A DNA stretch of 64,000 nt, taken from the NCBI GenBank assembly GCA_033442325.1, contig JAWQFM010000031.1, positions 732,025 through 796,024 on the forward strand, written 5' to 3'. Source of the DNA: Salpingoeca rosetta (taxonomy: Eukaryota > Protista > Choanoflagellata). Both the position numbers and the translations under genes were made by a program. Position 1 is the stretch's first letter; each line of letters starts with the position of its first letter. The notes below the pieces were generated by a model. That model was not told the origin of the DNA. It saw only the letters and a program-made list of their open reading frames with translations, and did no database searches. Positions 58,701-64,000 of this stretch are shown piece by piece.

Positions 58701-61700
58701 TCTCCTTGCCTCACAGGCAGGCAGGCAGGCAGGCATGCAAGCTTGTGCTGCTGGTGCCGCTGTGATGATGACCCTGCGTGTGCCTGTGCGCGGTGCACCG
58801 TGTTTGGGGCTGCACCGATGAAGACCAGGAAGGACACGGCCCGTGCCCACCACTCTTCCCCTTCATCTTTTCTTTCTGCTCCATCAGCGATGACGATGGT
58901 GGCCGTGGCGTGTGACTGCGCTTCCTTTTTGTTTGGCTTCGCTGTGGCCCATCGGCTGGCTGGCTGCATCAAGCACAGGTGAGGATGATCGTTGGCGGTT
59001 GGTTGGTGGCTGGGTTGAGTCGAGTGGGGCAAGCAGGGGGAGGGGGGAAATGGCACAGTGATGGTGATGGTGGTGGTGGTGGTGGTGGTGCGACGTGGGA
59101 GTGCAGAGCGAAAGGAGGGGGAGGGAAGGGAAGTGATAGGAGGGCGATGATGTTGATTGAGGGATGGGGGTGCGCGTGCACATGCACGTGAATCGTGTGG
59201 TGGTGGTGTCACATGTGGCTCATGCCTTTTGCTTGTACCTGTGATTGTGTGATTGTGATGATGACTGCAGCAGGCAACACACGGCGGTTGATGCTGGATT
59301 GGATTGGCTGGGGTTGACTGGCCGTCGTGTCGTGTCGCCCATTTCTCTCCCTCCGTTGCTCATCTCAACTGGGAACACACACGGCGATGTGTGCATGTGT
59401 GCACGTGTGCGTGTGCGTGTAACGCCATCAACCACGCCGGCAGCAACACGATGCACGAGGTGAGGGCACGCAATGGTGTGTGTTTGGTGGAAGGGGTTGA
59501 GGGGAAGTGGGAGGAAGGCGTTCATCATGGCCGTCATCACCACCACGGCTGTGTATCTGGTCATGTGACCGTGCATTTCGCGGGATGGAGATGGGGAGAG
59601 ATGTTGTCGTTGTGTTGGTTGTGGTGGTTGTGGTTGCATTGCTGTGTATGCGTGTGCATGGTGCACCATCTCACTCTGCAATGCCATGTGTCACTGTGTG
59701 TGTGAGTGTGTGTGTGTGTGCGTGTGTGACTGCAGATGTGCGTGCGCGTGCGCGCGTGTGCCAGGCAGATGCGTTGATCGACGACGAGGTGAGAGTGTGT
59801 GTGTGTGTGATTGTGGTTGACCTTTGTGTGCTGGTGCCATCACAACAACGCACACAACCAAGCACATCATCAGCATCATTGCATGCCCATGTGTTGTTGT
59901 TGTCGTTCATTCACGCATGGCATGCTCACATCCACCCCCCTCCTCTTGCTTCTTCCCCTTCCTCCTCCTCTCAGCTGCTGCCACCCCTTCCACTGTTTTC
60001 CTCCAACCCCCTTTTTCACACACAGACAGAGGAACCCATCCACATCCAACACCCATGCCCACGCATCCAGGCATGACACGCCATGGCGAGCTGTGCCACC
60101 TCAACCAACCCAACTCCACCCAGGCCAAGGAAAGGAAGAGGAAGGAGGGAAAGCAAGGACACAAGACGTTGTGCTCCCAACAGATGTGTGTGCGTGTGTG
60201 TTGATTGACGGTGTTCTCCTTCTCCCCCCCCTCCATCGCCTCGCCTCTTTCTTCCATGGCGATCTGGCTGGGCGGCTGTTGCCCCTTCCTCCTTGTTTGT
60301 TTTCTCTTCCAGCTCTTTGTGGCTGTTGGTTGTCTGTTGTGACTGTGAAAGGGGGAGGGAGGAGGAGGAGAGAAGAGGAGGGGATGCATGCTGTACACAG
60401 CTGTGTATGTGTTGTGTGTGTGTTTGTTTCTTCTTCTTTTCCATCCCCTCTTTCTTCTCCCCTTCTCTTCTCCCCTCCTCAGCCTGCAAGGCCTGTGAAC
60501 CTGCGTTGCATTCACACACACAGTGCTGTTCCCCTTCTTCTTCTTCTCCTTCTTCTTCTTGTCTCATTGAAACCAACCAAGCAAGCAACCAAGCAAGTCC
60601 GCCCTTCAACAAGCAAAAGCAAACAGCAGTTGCCGCACAAACGCAGCAGTGGGCGATTATTTGTGGCATCTTCCACAAATCGCCCAAACACGAAACAACA
60701 AGACCAACACAAACAACAAGCAGCAGGCGAAACGCGAATCAAGGTGCGTGTGTGTTTGAGTGGGAGGTGGTGGCTTGTGTTGTTCGTGTGCGTGGCTGGC
60801 GCAGGTTGGTGGAGAGGAGGGAGAGGGTGCGCGTTGTGACGGGCACTCACTGGCGGTTCTGTTGTGGGTGGTCTCGTTTGGTTCCATGGACTGTGTGGGG
60901 TGTGGTGGGTGATGGTGTGATGGTAACAGGTGCAAGCAGAGAACACGCACAACAGCGCCCACACCATGGATGTGTGCAGGGCCAAAGGCACACAAGGCGT
61001 TGCCCACGGTCGGTGAGGCTGATATATGTGCTGCACAGTTCCATGACACGCTGGCACCGTGAGTTTGGGTGAGTTCTGTCAGTTAGTTTGACCGCTGTGT
61101 CGGTGCGTGTGGGTTGTGTTTGTGCTTGTGTGAAGGGTGGAGAGTGGGACGTGGCTGTGGTGGGTGTTGTGATCTCACACGCACTCCTGCTGCTGTGGAT
61201 GCATTTGGCTCACGCACACACAGAGGGATAATGGGCCGCGCGTCGACCCACACACACACGTGTGAACACACACACGCACACGCATGCTGACAGGCAGTCT
61301 GATGCCTCCTCATGGTGCGTTGCACTTGCATATGCGTGACTGTGACTGCGTGCATGTCGCTCATGCTGTGTCTGCTTGTGATTCACACTGTGTGTGTGTG
61401 TGTGTGGTGGCTGCTTGCGTCCCCCTGTCTCACACACATGTGTGTGTTTGGATGGTGACACACACAGACACACACAGACAGTGAGCAGGTGTGCAGACAC
61501 ACATCCCGACACAGCCAAGGCAGGGCAGGGCAAGGCACACTCTTCCTCCTCTCCCTTTCTACCTCTCCCTCTCCTGCCACCATCACCACTGCTGCATGGA
61601 TGGACCAGTGGATGCAAGGGGTGTTGGATGACGCTGGCTGGCTGGCTGATGTCCTTCCCTTGGTGTGTGTGTGTTGCGCTACTGCTTGCTCTTGTTCCCC

Positions 61701-61739
61701 CCTGTTTGTGTCTGTTGTGCGTTGCTGCTTCGCTGTGCT

Positions 61740-61773
<34 letters not shown>

Positions 61774-61888
61774 TGGTCACCACAACCACGTCGTGTGCGC
61801 CCATCACCATCGTCTGTGCTCACGCACCTCCCATCTCTCCCTTTCTTCTTCTTCTGCTCCATTCCCTCTTCCCTCTTTGTCATCCCCT

Positions 61889-61920
<32 letters not shown>

Positions 61921-63594
61921 TGGACGCTTGTGCAGGAGAAGTGCAGGCTGTGTGTTGGAACCCATGGCAAGGCACGCACAACCAAGCAAGGACACACGAG
62001 CAAGCATGGACACAGGACAAGCAACAAGACGTGGGGCTGCCATAGACCACGCACCTCGTTGGAGAAGGAGGGGAGCGTGAGGGGGTGGTGTTGATTGTGT
62101 TGTGTCGTGTTGTTGTGTCGTGTTGTTGTTGGCAGCGTGCACGTCTCTCTCCTTGTATCCTTCTGCCTTCCTCCCTCTCTTTCCCTTCTCTCTCTCTCTC
62201 TTGTCTCCTACCACAGCATGCACACTGCTGCTGCTGTTGTTGTTGTTGGCTGAAGTGGTGATGGCGGCTGATGGGGGGAGTGAAGCCGTGTGGCGCAGCA
62301 TGGAGCTGTCGCTTGTTGTGTGTGTGTGTGTGTTGCTTGCAGTTGATATGGGGATGCTTTCTCGCTTGTTCTTGCCACGTGTGTGTGTGTCTGTGTGTTT
62401 GCTTGCTTGCTGTCGTGTTGCTGAAGTGAAGTGGAAACATACAAAGCAACACGCATGCGCAGCTGTGTGTATCGTGTGATGCTGGTGTTGGTGGATGGTT
62501 GTTGGTGGTTGCGGTGAAGTCAACATAGTGTGTGTTGTTGTGATGTTAATTGGATTGGTGGTGAGCTGGGCGTGTGGTTGTGGAGTGGGTGTTGCATGCA
62601 GGTGAGGACAGCAGCTGCTGTGAACGTGGGAGTGGGGAAAAGGATGAAGCGTGATGATGGCAGCGACTGGTGGTGGTGGTGTATGTGAACAGGGCTGATG
62701 GTGAGGAAGGCGGCAGTGTGGGCTTGATGGGTTTATGATGTGTTGCAACACATGCAGCATGAAACATGAACAAGGCAGGAAAGGGAAGTGAAGGGGAGGT
62801 AAGGGAAGGAGTGGCGGCACAAAGTAGTGAACAGGGACAAGGGAAGGCATGCAAACACATGGAAACAACAACAGCAGTGGCAAGAATTGAAACAAGACAG
62901 GAGGGGTGGTGGAGCGCAGGTGAAATGGACAAACAAGGCTTGTGGTGACAAGGTTGTAAAAGAAGGGATGAAGGGAAGCACAAATGCACACAGTGGGTTG
63001 GTTGTGGTCCTGTGTTGTGTGAAGTGAAATGAAGTGAAGGATGTGTGATCTTGTGTGGAGATGTGCTGTGTGGTGGTGAGTGGATGGAAGAGAAGGAGAG
63101 ACGAGGGTGAATGAAGCATGTGGCAACAAGTGCAAAGCAACAATGCAACACATGGAATGTGGAAAAGCAAAGGGAAGAGAGAAGGAAACAAGTGCGTGAT
63201 GGGTGAGACAAAGGGACAAAGCGGCACATGCATGGATGTGTTGTTGTGTTGTGTTGTGTTGTGTTGTGGCGGTGGCGCAAAGGAAGCAGAAGCACAAACA
63301 TTGCAAGCAGTAGCACGCGTGCACGTAGAGAGAAGGTGGAGTGGGAAGAGGAGAAGATGATCGCAGCGAGCTTCTTACGCACCTGATCATGTCGCTGCTG
63401 GGGGCGAGAGAGGAAGCGCAGGTGGTGTTGGAGAATGACTTCACGAAGCGAGGCGATGCTGCTTAGTGAAGTGGAGTGAAGTGAAGTGGCGAGGGAGTGA
63501 CATAGCGGTGTGTGAGTGATGGTGTGGATTGATAAAGGGTCGATTGCAGATGCGTGCAGGCATGGTGGGTGATGCAGTGACACAGCAGTGGGGA

Positions 63595-64000
63595 GTGAAT
63601 GGAGGATTGTTGTGAAGTGAACAGGGCGGAAGCAAGGGAAGTTGTGGGTGCTTGCAAGCAACACGCACAGAGCAAGCAAGCGTACACACAAGTGTCTGTA
63701 GCGAGTAGACGGATGTAGTGGAGTGAATCCAATGCAAGTAGAAGAAGTTGTGAGTGCCTGCGAGTGAGTAGACGGATGTAGTGGAGTGAATCCAATGCAA
63801 GCAGGAGATGTTGTGAGTACTTGCAAGTGAGTAGACGGATGTCGCGGTGGAGTGAATCCAATGCAAGCAGGGAATGTTGTGAGTGTTTGCAAGTAACACA
63901 GTAACACTGCACAATCGCATGCAAGCGTGCTTGTAGTGAGCAGAGGATTGTTGTGCAGTGAATCCAACGCATGTAGGAGAAGTTGTGAGTGCTTGCAAAG
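63595..64000. repeat. 63-66-bp minisatellite with degenerate flanking copies
   Basis: Units GAGTAGACGGATGT..GTGGAGTGAATCCAATGCAAG..GTTGTGAGT..TGC.AGT start at 63703, 63766 and 63829. Diverged copies near 63595 and 63935. Confidence 0.85.

Noticed and set aside
63703-63894. CRISPR-like array
   Set aside because: The units are contiguous tandem copies without unique spacers, there are no cas genes, and the context is eukaryotic.

Overview
Intron-rich eukaryotic DNA saturated with (GT)n/(CA)n microsatellites. Gene content and style point to a choanoflagellate, most likely Salpingoeca rosetta (inference). Most supplied ORFs are microsatellite artefacts, so genes were reassembled by hand from GT-AG exons. 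In order: the 3' part of a Cys-rich, possibly ependymin-related protein (+); BBS7 (+; one exon carries three in-frame stops); an adhesion GPCR with LamG-like, HRM, GAIN/GPS and 7TM domains (-); a PDZ domain spliced in frame to a VIT1/CCC1 iron transporter (-); an H-NOX soluble guanylyl cyclase with an alpha-subunit-like catalytic site (-); a 959-aa multipass membrane protein with a NEMP-like motif (-); a giant type-I receptor (+) with about 12 FN3 domains, two of them split by inserted Cys-repeat/beta-propeller/TLDc cassettes, followed by TNFR-like and furin-like repeats and a Tyr-motif tail; a secreted P-domain protein (-, with lesions); a VWA/cadherin-like/C-type-lectin pseudogene (+) interrupted by a 5'-truncated CRE-like non-LTR retrotransposon with a target-site duplication inside a (GT)n tract; an LRR gene (-); and about 9 kb with no convincing gene, ending in a 63-bp minisatellite. 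The most novel signals are the FN3-nested extracellular TLDc cassettes, the PDZ-VIT1 fusion, the alpha-like H-NOX cyclase and the microsatellite-embedded insertions. Family assignments are from recalled motifs, not database searches.
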